This document shows positions 40,829 through 50,546 of a DNA stretch of 64,000 nucleotides, piece by piece (positions within the stretch are counted from its first letter, which is position 1; each line of letters starts with the position of its first letter). Both the position numbers and the translations under genes were made by a program. Origin of the DNA: a bacterium (GTDB lineage: Bacteria; Zhuqueibacterota; Zhuqueibacteria; Residuimicrobiales; Krinioviventaceae); the NCBI GenBank assembly GCA_963693055.1, contig OY843751.1, forward strand, positions 4,928,001-4,992,000, written 5' to 3'. The notes beneath the pieces are model-generated. The model did no database searches. It saw nothing but the letters and a program-made list of their open reading frames with translations, and had not been told where the DNA came from.

Positions 40829-41023
40829 ACCACAGAGGCACAGAGATCACAAAGAGTCAGCTTTTATCTTTTAGTTCGTTTACAAATAAATCATAAAAAC
40901 TTGAAGCATCTCATTAAACATTTTTTTTATATCTATTTTCCTATTTCACTTAACCTTTTCACAACACATCCAATTTATCTACTACAGAGGTTTCCTTCCG
41001 TGTCTTTTCGCGTATTCCGTGGT
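40829..41023. repeat. Intergenic element bounded by inverted CACAGAG/CCGTG-type short repeats
   Basis: ACCACAGAGGCACAGAGATCACAAAGAG (40829-40856) and TTCCGTGTCTTTTCGCGTATTCCGTGGT (40996-41023), outer ends ACCAC...GTGGT; AT-rich core. Confidence 0.55.
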
Positions 41024-41037
41024 CAATATTAACACAA

Positions 41038-42939
41038 TTATGGCACTGTAATATTGGCGATCAACCACGCAAACAAAATCACCAATATAGAGATGGCTAT
41101 ACAGGCGAAAAATCCCCACACATCGGTTTTGCTGAATTTCTTTAATCCCCACGCAGAGGGATTGGCTTCCTGCTCATACGCCATTATCTCTGCATCCACA
41201 TTTTGCACGTCCTGGTTCGGATCACTGCTCACCGGCATGTTTAAACGTGCAAACACATTATCAACAGCTTTCCGCTCCGGTTTGGATGTAAACAGGCTCA
41301 CAACAACCAGCAGTACAAATGGCAGGATTATGTTCAACGAATAATTCAACGTCATCAATATCGGATTTGAAGCACCATCAAATCCTACTCCCATTAACGC
41401 CAATACAACCAGCATGGGCTTGTCCGCAACACCCGCAGGTACATGTCCCGCCACAAACGACATCTGTGGCAGAATATTGGGCAGCATTACAATCACCATC
41501 CACGAGAAAAAAACCGTAACCAGCGCAGCGGTCCGGGTTACATAACGCCACAGTATACTGACCCAGAAAACCGCTCCAAAAATGACCGGCAATTGCCAGT
41601 AATATTTGATCAGGCTCAACACATCATTAAAATAAAGACTAATGGCAATAGCACCGGCAATCATAATCGCAGAAACCAACCGCCCAACTTTGACATAGTG
41701 TTCCTCACTCTTGTCAGATACCAATGGACGGTAAAAGTTGCGTGTAAACAGGGCAGAGCCGCAGATCATGAATGCATCCGCACTGGACATGGATGCCGCT
41801 AGCAAACAGGCAATCATAATCCCTACAAACCCGGGACCGAGGAGTTGATCGGTTGCGTATCCCCAAATCATATCCGGATCACTGATCACATTTTTGTACA
41901 GAGCAAAAGCAACTACACCGGTAAAGCCCCACATAATGGTGGTGAAACGCTTTAGGTAATTACCAAACACCAACCCTATCCTTGCGGTCATTTCATCTTT
42001 GGCACTGCCGCCACCGGTAACAAATATATGCGGTTGTGCAGCCACACCCACCAGGTTCATGGCTATAAGCGCTACGATATAATACCAGGTATAATCGCTG
42101 CTGGCGGATGTACTGATAATTTTAAACATATCCGCGGGCACCGTGGCATGCAGCCCGGAGAACCAGCCCGCTTTGTACATCCCCATAGGCAACAAAAGCA
42201 CGGAAAGAACCAAAATTAGAATCCCCTGCAAGGTATCGGTCCAGGCAGCGGCATAGAGTCCGCCTAAAAGTCCATAGATCAAAATGATCAATGCAATAAT
42301 AGGTACAATCTGTTGAGTGGATATATGTGAATAGTAGGCTTTTATCTTTTGCTGTTTTTCAAGCTGCTTTAGATCAGCAAGCTGCTGTTTTTGCTCTACT
42401 GTAGGATTTTCAAGAGCCGTAAGGGTTTTCAGCGTTTTATATTGTTCAACACTCTGCTTTTCCAATACTGTCAGCACAGATTCCGATTTTACTGTCACAA
42501 TCTCGATTGTTTTTCCAATGGCTGTCAGACCGATTGCGATGTAAAACATTAACCAGATAATACTGGTCCAGACATACAAAGCTGTCAAACCTTTACTCTG
42601 AAAACGCTGTTGAAAGTAATCACCACCGGTAATAACACGCAGCCTCCGGTACCAGGGCGCAATAATCCAGTAAAACGGAGTGATAAACAACCAAAGTAAT
42701 TGTATCCAAATTCCAGACATTCCCACACGATACGTCTCACGGGATGCAGAGATGGCCGTATCCGAACTGGTGCCAGTTCCAAATGATAAAAAGATGGAAA
42801 CCAGTTTGCCAAACCGTCGCCCTCCAAGAAAATAATCTGTTTCGTTTTTTATCAATCGTTTTGACAACCAACCGATACCAATCACCAGCAAAAAATAGCC
42901 TGCAATTGCAAGAATATCCAGAATGTGCAATCCAAACAT
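41038..42939 (-). CDS. Sodium:solute symporter (SSS)
   Basis: DYFLGGRRFG, YFQQRF, GGLYAAAWTD, LLAASMSSAD, many TMs. Confidence 0.93.
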   Translation of the reverse strand: MFGLHILDILAIAGYFLLVIGIGWLSKRLIKNETDYFLGGRRFGKLVSIFLSFGTGTSSDTAISASRETYRVGMSGIWIQLLWLFITPFYWIIAPWYRRLRVITGGDYFQQRFQSKGLTALYVWTSIIWLMFYIAIGLTAIGKTIEIVTVKSESVLTVLEKQSVEQYKTLKTLTALENPTVEQKQQLADLKQLEKQQKIKAYYSHISTQQIVPIIALIILIYGLLGGLYAAAWTDTLQGILILVLSVLLLPMGMYKAGWFSGLHATVPADMFKIISTSASSDYTWYYIVALIAMNLVGVAAQPHIFVTGGGSAKDEMTARIGLVFGNYLKRFTTIMWGFTGVVAFALYKNVISDPDMIWGYATDQLLGPGFVGIMIACLLAASMSSADAFMICGSALFTRNFYRPLVSDKSEEHYVKVGRLVSAIMIAGAIAISLYFNDVLSLIKYYWQLPVIFGAVFWVSILWRYVTRTAALVTVFFSWMVIVMLPNILPQMSFVAGHVPAGVADKPMLVVLALMGVGFDGASNPILMTLNYSLNIILPFVLLVVVSLFTSKPERKAVDNVFARLNMPVSSDPNQDVQNVDAEIMAYEQEANPSAWGLKKFSKTDVWGFFACIAISILVILFAWLIANITVP

Positions 42940-42941
42940 GA

Positions 42942-44078
42942 TTATTGACCGCCTCTCAGGGTTTCAACAAATTCATACAATGCCAACTGCTCTTTTCGAG
43001 TCTCACAATAACTGGTCACTATCAGCTTTATTCCGGGTGCCCACAACTCGCTGATTTTTTCTTTCAATGTTTCCAGATCACCTACAATACGTGCGTTTAC
43101 AATCACACCGGTGCCCGTAAAAGTATCTCTAAACGGTGCGCAAGGATTCGGATCGGGATCCGTTTGTGCGGAAAACGCCGCGTCGATCACTTTGAGCCCG
43201 GGAATATCGCGAATAGTGGTTGCCTTGCTGCTCCAGTTTCCGCAGGAATGAAATACAGCTCCTCCAAATGCCTCGCCAATATGCTGCATTGCAGGATATT
43301 CAAATTCAACATATTGATCTGGCGAAATCATAACCGAAACATCACTGCTTAATCCCAGGCCGTTAAAAACACGACTGCTGGGAAAGCCATGACCGGGCAA
43401 TACCATTGCATCGCCAATCAGTTCTTTTTGTTTTTGAGTAAATTCTATGGTCAAATCGGTTATTACAGCTAGAAGCTTTTTCAGCGCATCAGGATTCATG
43501 ATCATATCCATGAAAAACGTATCCGTGGGGAACAAAAAAGAAGCCGCGTTTAACGATGCCTGAGAATCCGTAGGAGATATGGGTATTTTGCCACGGGTGC
43601 TTTCCAGAAAATAGTCGATCATGTTGAGAATGTGCTTACCAATGGGGGTTTCATGTACCGGAACAATCTCCCGCGCTAATGCTTCATCAATGGATTTAAA
43701 CGGGGGATGGATTGCCGGCGCGTTTCCCTCTTTCCAGTCATATTCAATGCCAAAGGCGCTTGCGGTAACACCAATGCCATACCAGGGCTCCAGAAAATTG
43801 GCAATATCTCCGGCATATTCCATGCTTTGCTGAAGCAGGCCCAGTTGAAGTGCCAGTGATTTTTTCATGTCCCTGCTGTCATAAGCAAAAACACCGGGAC
43901 TCCTAAACCGTCGGTACACCAGAATGCCCTCCGAAGCATTCCAGAACGACTGGTTATTTTCCAGCAGATATTGTTCATAATCATAATATCTTTCGATATC
44001 AAATTTTTTCGGATCCAACTCATTTCCAAGGGTTCCCTGAGAATCCGACAGGGTATAATCAAATTCTTTAGACATCAT
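42942..44078 (-). CDS. UroD/MtaA-CmuA superfamily TIM-barrel protein
   Basis: ASAFG, TDSQASL, FMDMIMNPD..LL, SD..VMISP.QY.EF..P, FHSCG motif. Confidence 0.82.
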   Translation of the reverse strand: MMSKEFDYTLSDSQGTLGNELDPKKFDIERYYDYEQYLLENNQSFWNASEGILVYRRFRSPGVFAYDSRDMKKSLALQLGLLQQSMEYAGDIANFLEPWYGIGVTASAFGIEYDWKEGNAPAIHPPFKSIDEALAREIVPVHETPIGKHILNMIDYFLESTRGKIPISPTDSQASLNAASFLFPTDTFFMDMIMNPDALKKLLAVITDLTIEFTQKQKELIGDAMVLPGHGFPSSRVFNGLGLSSDVSVMISPDQYVEFEYPAMQHIGEAFGGAVFHSCGNWSSKATTIRDIPGLKVIDAAFSAQTDPDPNPCAPFRDTFTGTGVIVNARIVGDLETLKEKISELWAPGIKLIVTSYCETRKEQLALYEFVETLRGGQ

Positions 44079-44138
44079 ACGCTCCCAACCGATTATGTAA
44101 TGTCCCTATCTATCTATATCAAATTTCACATCATAACA

Positions 44139-45566
44139 TCAGGTCTTATCTTTTAATGGCCACAGTTCATGATCTGTACGTGTTGTATCCAGCAACTCCT
44201 TCATTTTGGCAACAATTTGAGGATACTGGTCCGCAATATTGTTCTGCTCTTCAATATCAACAGACAGATTGTACAGTTCAACAGGCCCGGAAGGATAATG
44301 CCTCACCGCCTTCCATTCTCCCATTCTTACGGCCTGATCTGTCGCCTTGTTTTCATGAAACTCCCAATACAGGTATTCATGCTGTGGCTGCTTATTACCC
44401 AACAGTTCAGGCAAAAATGAAACACCATCAATATCTTGCGGAACATCAACTCCGGCAAGTTGACACGCCGTAGGTAAAAAGTCCCAAAATGCGGATACAT
44501 GTTTAGATGTGCTCTTTGCCTTGATCTTGCCGGGCCAACGTACCATAAACGGAACACGTATACCGCCATCATACAGATCGCGTTTATATCCACGTACAGG
44601 ACCGTTACTGTCAAAAAAGTCAGGGTCTGCACCACCTTCTTTATGAGGACCATTGTCGCTCGAAAACATGACAATAGTATTATCATCAATTCCCAATTCT
44701 TTTAACAGATCCATCATGTGGCCCACATCCCGGTCCATTCGCTCAACCATACCTGCAAAAGCGGCTTTCGGCATGAGCTGCGTTCCATAATGTCCACGAC
44801 CTCCATCTTTGGCGCTGTAATGTGGTGTTTCCTCAAACTTGCCCTTGAAAGGACCAATAGAATCTTCCGGTACCAGCAATTCCGCATGCGGAATGGTAAA
44901 GGGAACATATAAAAAAAACGGCTCATCTTTGTGGCGTTTTATAAAATCGAGCGTTTCGTTAGCAATCAGGTCATGGGTATATTGTTGCTGTTTACCATCC
45001 TGGTTTCCTTCAAGCGTGATCTTTTCACCATTTTTCCAGAGATAATCTGTATAATAGAAATGAGCATGTCCCTGGTTCAGGTACCCCATAAACTCGTCAA
45101 ATCCCTGCTTGTCCGGTTGACCGGTAGTGGTCATTACACCCAAACTCCACTTGCCGAAAACTCCGGTGGCATAGCCGGCAGGTTTCAACAATTCAGCAAC
45201 GGTAACATCCTGCGGACGCAATTCCAAACACGCACCAAATCCATGCGGACCGGATTCATAGTTTCCGCGTACGCGGGAATGCCCGGTATGGAACCCGGTC
45301 ATCAAGCTGCATCGCGAAGGTGCACAAACTGTACTTCCTGCGTAATGATCAGTAAATTTCATCCCCTCTGCGGCCAATCTGTCAAGATTGGGAGTATTAA
45401 AATGCGTTTGTCCATAACATCCCAAATCTCCATAGCCCAGATCATCCGCAAGAATATAAATAATATTGGGTTTAGCTGCGGATTTGGAACAGGAAGTAAA
45501 ACCTAATGGCAGCGCGGCAATTCCAGCAATACCGCACAATTGTTTCATAAATTGTCTGCGATTCAT
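44139..45566 (-). CDS. Arylsulfatase (S1, Cys-type), Tat lipoprotein
   Basis: RRQFMK, FTSC; ADDLGYGD, CAPSRCSLMTG, GKW, PHA, SDNG, KRDLYDGGIRVP. Confidence 0.95.
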   Translation of the reverse strand: MNRRQFMKQLCGIAGIAALPLGFTSCSKSAAKPNIIYILADDLGYGDLGCYGQTHFNTPNLDRLAAEGMKFTDHYAGSTVCAPSRCSLMTGFHTGHSRVRGNYESGPHGFGACLELRPQDVTVAELLKPAGYATGVFGKWSLGVMTTTGQPDKQGFDEFMGYLNQGHAHFYYTDYLWKNGEKITLEGNQDGKQQQYTHDLIANETLDFIKRHKDEPFFLYVPFTIPHAELLVPEDSIGPFKGKFEETPHYSAKDGGRGHYGTQLMPKAAFAGMVERMDRDVGHMMDLLKELGIDDNTIVMFSSDNGPHKEGGADPDFFDSNGPVRGYKRDLYDGGIRVPFMVRWPGKIKAKSTSKHVSAFWDFLPTACQLAGVDVPQDIDGVSFLPELLGNKQPQHEYLYWEFHENKATDQAVRMGEWKAVRHYPSGPVELYNLSVDIEEQNNIADQYPQIVAKMKELLDTTRTDHELWPLKDKT

Positions 45567-45591
45567 ATTTACCCGATTCTTTTCATAGCAA

Positions 45592-46431
45592 TTATTTTAA
45601 ATAATCAAGCGTCGTTAAAAACTGGTCCATTTCTTCTACTGTTTTAATATAATATTTGTTTTCAAATTTCCCATAATTAAAAAAACCATGTCCCACATCA
45701 GGAAAAGTAATCAGCTCACATGTGTTGCCGTTTTCGTGCATAAGACGACAAAAACGTTCTACATTTTCAACCGGTACTGTGGTATCACTCTGTCCATGAA
45801 ATATAATTGTGGGAGGTATGCCCGCTCTTACATGATGTACAGGCGAGATCTGTTCCCAGTTTTCTCCACATTTTCCCTTGCCATACCCCTTTTCAGACGT
45901 ATCAATTACAGGATTATACAACACCAGGGCATTGGGAACAGAACTGACAGATAAATCTTCATCTGGCGAATCAAATCCCTCAATCACGGCGGTACATGCT
46001 GCCACATGTCCTCCGGCGGAACCACCGCCAGCCGCAATCATATCTGGAGCTACACCCAGGTCACCAGCATGACTGCGTATCCAGCGAACTGCGGATTTGC
46101 CATCGGTTACACAATCAAAGGGTGTGGTACCATGCTTATCTTTGATACGGTATTCCGCACAAATCGCAACCATTCCCCGCGAGGCAAGATGTTTACTGTG
46201 CTCATAAAAATGTTTGGCTGTGCCATGTGTCCAGCCGCCTCCAAAAAAGAAAACAATTGCCGGTAATGGTTCACTATCTGATTGGGTGGGTTTAAAAACA
46301 TGTAAATTCAACCGGGTTGTATCAATTTGCTTGTATTGGACAATCTCCAAAGTGTATTTCTTTGGGTCCTGCGCATAAAGAAAAGACACCCCAACAAAAA
46401 AGAAAACCAGAATAAATCGCACAATCTTCAA
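45592..46431 (-). CDS. Exported alpha/beta hydrolase (carbohydrate-esterase-like)
   Basis: FGGGW, GGSAGGH nucleophile elbow, HGQSD..VP, GHGF; signal peptide; TTG start after GAGG. Confidence 0.9.
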   Translation of the reverse strand: MKIVRFILVFFFVGVSFLYAQDPKKYTLEIVQYKQIDTTRLNLHVFKPTQSDSEPLPAIVFFFGGGWTHGTAKHFYEHSKHLASRGMVAICAEYRIKDKHGTTPFDCVTDGKSAVRWIRSHAGDLGVAPDMIAAGGGSAGGHVAACTAVIEGFDSPDEDLSVSSVPNALVLYNPVIDTSEKGYGKGKCGENWEQISPVHHVRAGIPPTIIFHGQSDTTVPVENVERFCRLMHENGNTCELITFPDVGHGFFNYGKFENKYYIKTVEEMDQFLTTLDYLK

Positions 46432-46522
46432 ATAAACACCTCAATATTTTAAAAAAGTGATTGATATGTCATCGAATATTATACAATAACATCACGTATA
46501 ATTTAAGACAAAACAGTGCTCT

Positions 46523-46565
46523 AAAATAAAAATGCGGGATATATTACAAATCATATCCCGCATTT
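46523..46565 (-). terminator. Intrinsic terminator
   Basis: 13-bp arms AAATGCGGGATAT / ATATCCCGCATTT. Confidence 0.7.
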
Positions 46566-46585
46566 ATTGAATATCTAATAAATCA

Positions 46586-46780
46586 TCAATCTTTTTTCTT
46601 GTCCGCAATCAGCCAAAAGGGAGAGAAAACAAACCATAGCAGGGTGCTGATATTTGTAATGATTATAAATAATTCTTTGCTCTGATTTCCCAGGAACACC
46701 TGGGTAGCAAACAATAGGATCATTACAAGAGCAAATATAGAAACAAAAGGTGCCAGTTTACGCATAATTTTTGTGAACAT
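46586..46780 (-). CDS. Small 2-TM protein downstream of the NCS1 permease
   Basis: RBS GAGGAG; two hydrophobic helices, TLLWFVFSPFW. Confidence 0.8.
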   Translation of the reverse strand: MFTKIMRKLAPFVSIFALVMILLFATQVFLGNQSKELFIIITNISTLLWFVFSPFWLIADKKKD

Positions 46781-46798
46781 TTTTTTCTCCTCTCGTGG

Positions 46799-48163
46799 TT
46801 AAGCTTTTTTCAGGTTAACGGCATAGCTCAGTCCAATATATAAAATTTGAGCAATAAAATAACCTGGCAGCCATTTAAAAAACATATCCAGGGGAAGGAT
46901 AAACACAATAATCAGCGTAGCGGCCCAGGTAACCAGGGCTGGCCAGTTGATAAACAACTTTTGGGTTTCCGCACGATATTGCGGCAATCCCAGCTTGGGG
47001 ATGAGCCAATGTTCTGCAAAAACAACTGCACCCATAGGCATAAGAATTAATCCATAAAGAGCTACAAAATCCAGCAAACGGGTAAATACCAGTGGAAAAC
47101 ATGCAACCGCAGAGGTTACCAATCCCGCAACCAATGTCACTTTCCAGCGCTGCCAGTTGGGTGTAACCACCTGAAGCGCGAGTCCGGCACGGTACATGGT
47201 AGGATTAGATGTTGTCCAACCCGCGATAACTACAGCAACTGCACCTGAAAAACCTGCGGCAGCAAAAGCCATCATACCGGGATTCATATCACGTGCAACA
47301 GCGGCAACCATAATTCCCGAACAAATCCAGGCTAAAAAGTGACCGGGGTACATACCAAAAGCGCTGTAAAAGCCGTATTTCCAGTTTTTAGCATATCGTA
47401 AAGTCGCCATATCCGCAAGCCCTACGTGCATAGCAAGATTTGCAAACCAGGCAAAAAACAATATATGCCACATGGTATATTTCTGTTGACCGGGAGTTGG
47501 TACACCCGTCCAGATCTTGGTTTCAGCAATATGCCAGAAATCAGAAAAGCTGTGAATATGACCCAGGCTGGGCAGTAATGCAAGGGCGCCTGCAATAAAA
47601 ATTGCAAACATCCAGGGAGAACAAACAGAAGAAAATTTACTCACTTTATCAAAACCCAGAATGGCAAACAAGGTTACTATAGCTCCAACAAACAATGTAA
47701 TCACAACCCAGCCAACACTGTTGGGCAAAACATCTGTTAGCGCAGGGGTGGGCACATTAAAAGCAAGCCCCACCGCGCTTGCGGAAACAGAGATCATTGC
47801 ACCGGCTAGCACACAGTATAAAAATGCGTTTATGATATTATAAATAATTGTAACACCGGGTCCGGCTACCTTTCGAAGATACCAGTACAACGTCAAACGG
47901 GTACGAACAGCAATAGGGGCAACAATAAAACCCCAAGACAAAACAGCCAAAAGATTTCCAATAAGCAAACCAATAAACAGGTCTTTGGCTGCAACACCAT
48001 GTATTACAAACATGGCACCAATTACAAACTCGGTTGCCGCAACATGCTCACCTGCAAACAGACCAATAAACCGGCCTGATCCATGCAACTTGTCTTCAGT
48101 AACCGGTTGACGGTCAAATTCAAACAAGGCATCTAAACGTTTTGCTAATGTAGTTTTTTCCAT
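46799..48163 (-). CDS. NCS1 (purine/cytosine permease-like) transporter
   Basis: About 12 TMs; GEHVAATEFVIG, AGWTTSNPTMYRAGLA. Confidence 0.82.
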   Translation of the reverse strand: MEKTTLAKRLDALFEFDRQPVTEDKLHGSGRFIGLFAGEHVAATEFVIGAMFVIHGVAAKDLFIGLLIGNLLAVLSWGFIVAPIAVRTRLTLYWYLRKVAGPGVTIIYNIINAFLYCVLAGAMISVSASAVGLAFNVPTPALTDVLPNSVGWVVITLFVGAIVTLFAILGFDKVSKFSSVCSPWMFAIFIAGALALLPSLGHIHSFSDFWHIAETKIWTGVPTPGQQKYTMWHILFFAWFANLAMHVGLADMATLRYAKNWKYGFYSAFGMYPGHFLAWICSGIMVAAVARDMNPGMMAFAAAGFSGAVAVVIAGWTTSNPTMYRAGLALQVVTPNWQRWKVTLVAGLVTSAVACFPLVFTRLLDFVALYGLILMPMGAVVFAEHWLIPKLGLPQYRAETQKLFINWPALVTWAATLIIVFILPLDMFFKWLPGYFIAQILYIGLSYAVNLKKA

Positions 48164-48188
48164 TCCCAACCTTTTTTTTAAATGTTAA

Positions 48189-49412
48189 CTACTGACGTTC
48201 TTTTTCAATCTTTTCCTGATACCCACTTTCAACATATGCAGTAACCGGATCAAGTGGTAAATTGTTTTCCAAACGTGCCGCACCCACCAGAGGTCTTACA
48301 TCGGCATTCATCATTGCATTATTGAATATACGATTTGCCAGAATGATCTCATCCTTATCCTGGAATTTTGCCAATGCATCACTGTCTACAAGTGCAGCTT
48401 TTGCTAATGAAATCTGTAAAGAATCGATAGAATGTAAAATAGCATGAATACGGTTTTCACGACTGCTGCACTGATCTATCATATATGCCCAATTCTTTGA
48501 AGCATCAGAATTCACAATAACATTTCCTGCAACCAATTCATAAAAAATACGTGCCATCTCACCATTAGGTTCAACAGAATGATCATCATCCGCTGCATAG
48601 CGTGTATTGAAATGGAATCCACATTTCATGTCATCATTAATGAGGCGGGCAACAATCTGCTCAATATTGGTAGCATGTGCATGGTGGCCCAAATCTACCA
48701 GAACACCTGTATTGCCACCGGCTTTTTTCGCCATCATGTATGCGCTGCCCCAATCAGACAATACGGTGCTATAGGTACCGGGTTCAAAAACTTTGTACTC
48801 GATTAGGATGGAAACGTCATTACTGATTTTGGAACGCATTTCAACAATCCCGGATTCTAAATTATCATATGCTTTCCGTAATTCCAACTGTCCAGGATAC
48901 GCGGAACCATCAGGAAGCCACAAGGTAACCAGCTTGTCACCAAATTTTTCCGCAATCTCACCCGCCATTAGAGATTGATCAATGTATCTTTTACGGGTTT
49001 CCTGTTCTGTTGCTGAAATACTGCCACGATGAGAACCCCGTAAAAAATAGGTCGGGCTAATTGATCCAATACGCAAACCGCGCGCGCTTGTTTCTTTTGC
49101 TACGTTTTCCGCAATCTTTACGTCCGATTCCATACAATCATCGGAAAAATCCCACAACATGTGCATAGCAACTGAATCTGCAGCACCGGTAATTTTGTTA
49201 ACCATAGCAGCATCATCCAGTTTTTCTAAAATCGTTCTGCCAAACGCTGGTGGCATATAGTCGCCAAAACGTCCACCACCAAATTCTCCAAATATCCAGC
49301 TGGGTATCTCTATCCGAAAGCGGGCCACTTTATCTATCGCGTCTTTTACTCTTTCTTTACCAAATTCGAGTTCCAACAGCTGAACTCCCAATGTAATTTG
49401 TTTTTCATTCAT
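48189..49412 (-). CDS. L-rhamnose isomerase-like sugar isomerase (xylose-isomerase fold)
   Basis: IEIPSW, LWLPDG..YPGQ, IEYKVFEP, VDLGHH, NIEQIVA, FHFN.RY.DDD, YMIDQ; start MNEKQ. Confidence 0.85.
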   Translation of the reverse strand: MNEKQITLGVQLLELEFGKERVKDAIDKVARFRIEIPSWIFGEFGGGRFGDYMPPAFGRTILEKLDDAAMVNKITGAADSVAMHMLWDFSDDCMESDVKIAENVAKETSARGLRIGSISPTYFLRGSHRGSISATEQETRKRYIDQSLMAGEIAEKFGDKLVTLWLPDGSAYPGQLELRKAYDNLESGIVEMRSKISNDVSILIEYKVFEPGTYSTVLSDWGSAYMMAKKAGGNTGVLVDLGHHAHATNIEQIVARLINDDMKCGFHFNTRYAADDDHSVEPNGEMARIFYELVAGNVIVNSDASKNWAYMIDQCSSRENRIHAILHSIDSLQISLAKAALVDSDALAKFQDKDEIILANRIFNNAMMNADVRPLVGAARLENNLPLDPVTAYVESGYQEKIEKERQ

Positions 49413-49448
49413 TGCAATTCCTGTTTTTTTATACATATTTAAATGTTG

Positions 49449-50474
49449 TTATAATTTTCTTTTTATACCAATGTCATGGTATATTAATTTTGATTTGATA
49501 ATTTTATGGACCGGTTTCTTGTGTTTTGCTGGATTGTCTATCAGACCTACCATCATATCTACTGCCATACTACCAATTTTATAAGGATATTGATAAACAG
49601 TCAAAAAAGGAACACCCAGACGCGCTACAATATCATTATCACCAAACTCGGTAATAGCAATATCATTGGGAATGTCATACCCTGCATCGAGAATGGCCTT
49701 TCCCGCACCATATGCAATCATACCACCTACGCACATAACCGCATCAAACGGGATGTTTTTTTTGATAAATTCTTTGATACTGTTATAAGCATTTATCTGG
49801 TCAATCTCACAAGGGATGACCAAATCCGGGTCAAACGCTAATCCATTTTCATCCAAGCCCTTTTGATAACCGGCATATCTGTTTTTCAAAACGGAAATTC
49901 CACTGGTGGGTCCTAAATACAAGATACGTTTTTTTTCGTCAGCAACCAATTTTTCAATCACGATAACGGCTGCATGCTCATCATCAATAGTTACCGAATT
50001 AAATCCCAATGTGTCCAAAGATCGGTCATAAGAAACAAATGGGATTCCCATTTTTTGCGTATCTTTAAGAATACCATGATTGGCATTGCCCGGAACAGCA
50101 TCAATCAATATACCGTCAACTGCCAGGGATGACAGAAACTCGAGGTTTTTTCGTTCATTCTCTGCATTCTCATCATTAACCATGATAATTGCTTCATACC
50201 CATATCGACGAACACGCTCATATATGCCTCGAACACATTCCGAAAAAAAAGAAATTTGTAAATTGGGCACAATAACACCCAGCATAAATGTGCGTTTGCT
50301 TACCAGGCTTCTCGCCATAATATTGGGACGGTATCCCATCTTTGCGGCAAGGGCTTTAACTTTTTTTCGGGTTTCAATAGAGATATCATTGCTGTCACGG
50401 AGGGCTTTGGAAATAGTCGCAGGAGTTACATTTAATATTTGCGCAAGCTGTTTTAATGTGACTTTTTGTGACAT
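49449..50474 (-). CDS. LacI family transcriptional regulator
   Basis: HTH TLKQLAQILNVTPATISKAL, GYRPNIMARSL, periplasmic-binding-like core; start MSQKV. Confidence 0.95.
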   Translation of the reverse strand: MSQKVTLKQLAQILNVTPATISKALRDSNDISIETRKKVKALAAKMGYRPNIMARSLVSKRTFMLGVIVPNLQISFFSECVRGIYERVRRYGYEAIIMVNDENAENERKNLEFLSSLAVDGILIDAVPGNANHGILKDTQKMGIPFVSYDRSLDTLGFNSVTIDDEHAAVIVIEKLVADEKKRILYLGPTSGISVLKNRYAGYQKGLDENGLAFDPDLVIPCEIDQINAYNSIKEFIKKNIPFDAVMCVGGMIAYGAGKAILDAGYDIPNDIAITEFGDNDIVARLGVPFLTVYQYPYKIGSMAVDMMVGLIDNPAKHKKPVHKIIKSKLIYHDIGIKRKL

Positions 50475-50546
50475 AAAATCTCTAATTTTAACATAAAATA
50501 TGCGAATTGATCTTGTATTTCCCCCAATTGCTAAATTTTCAACCAA

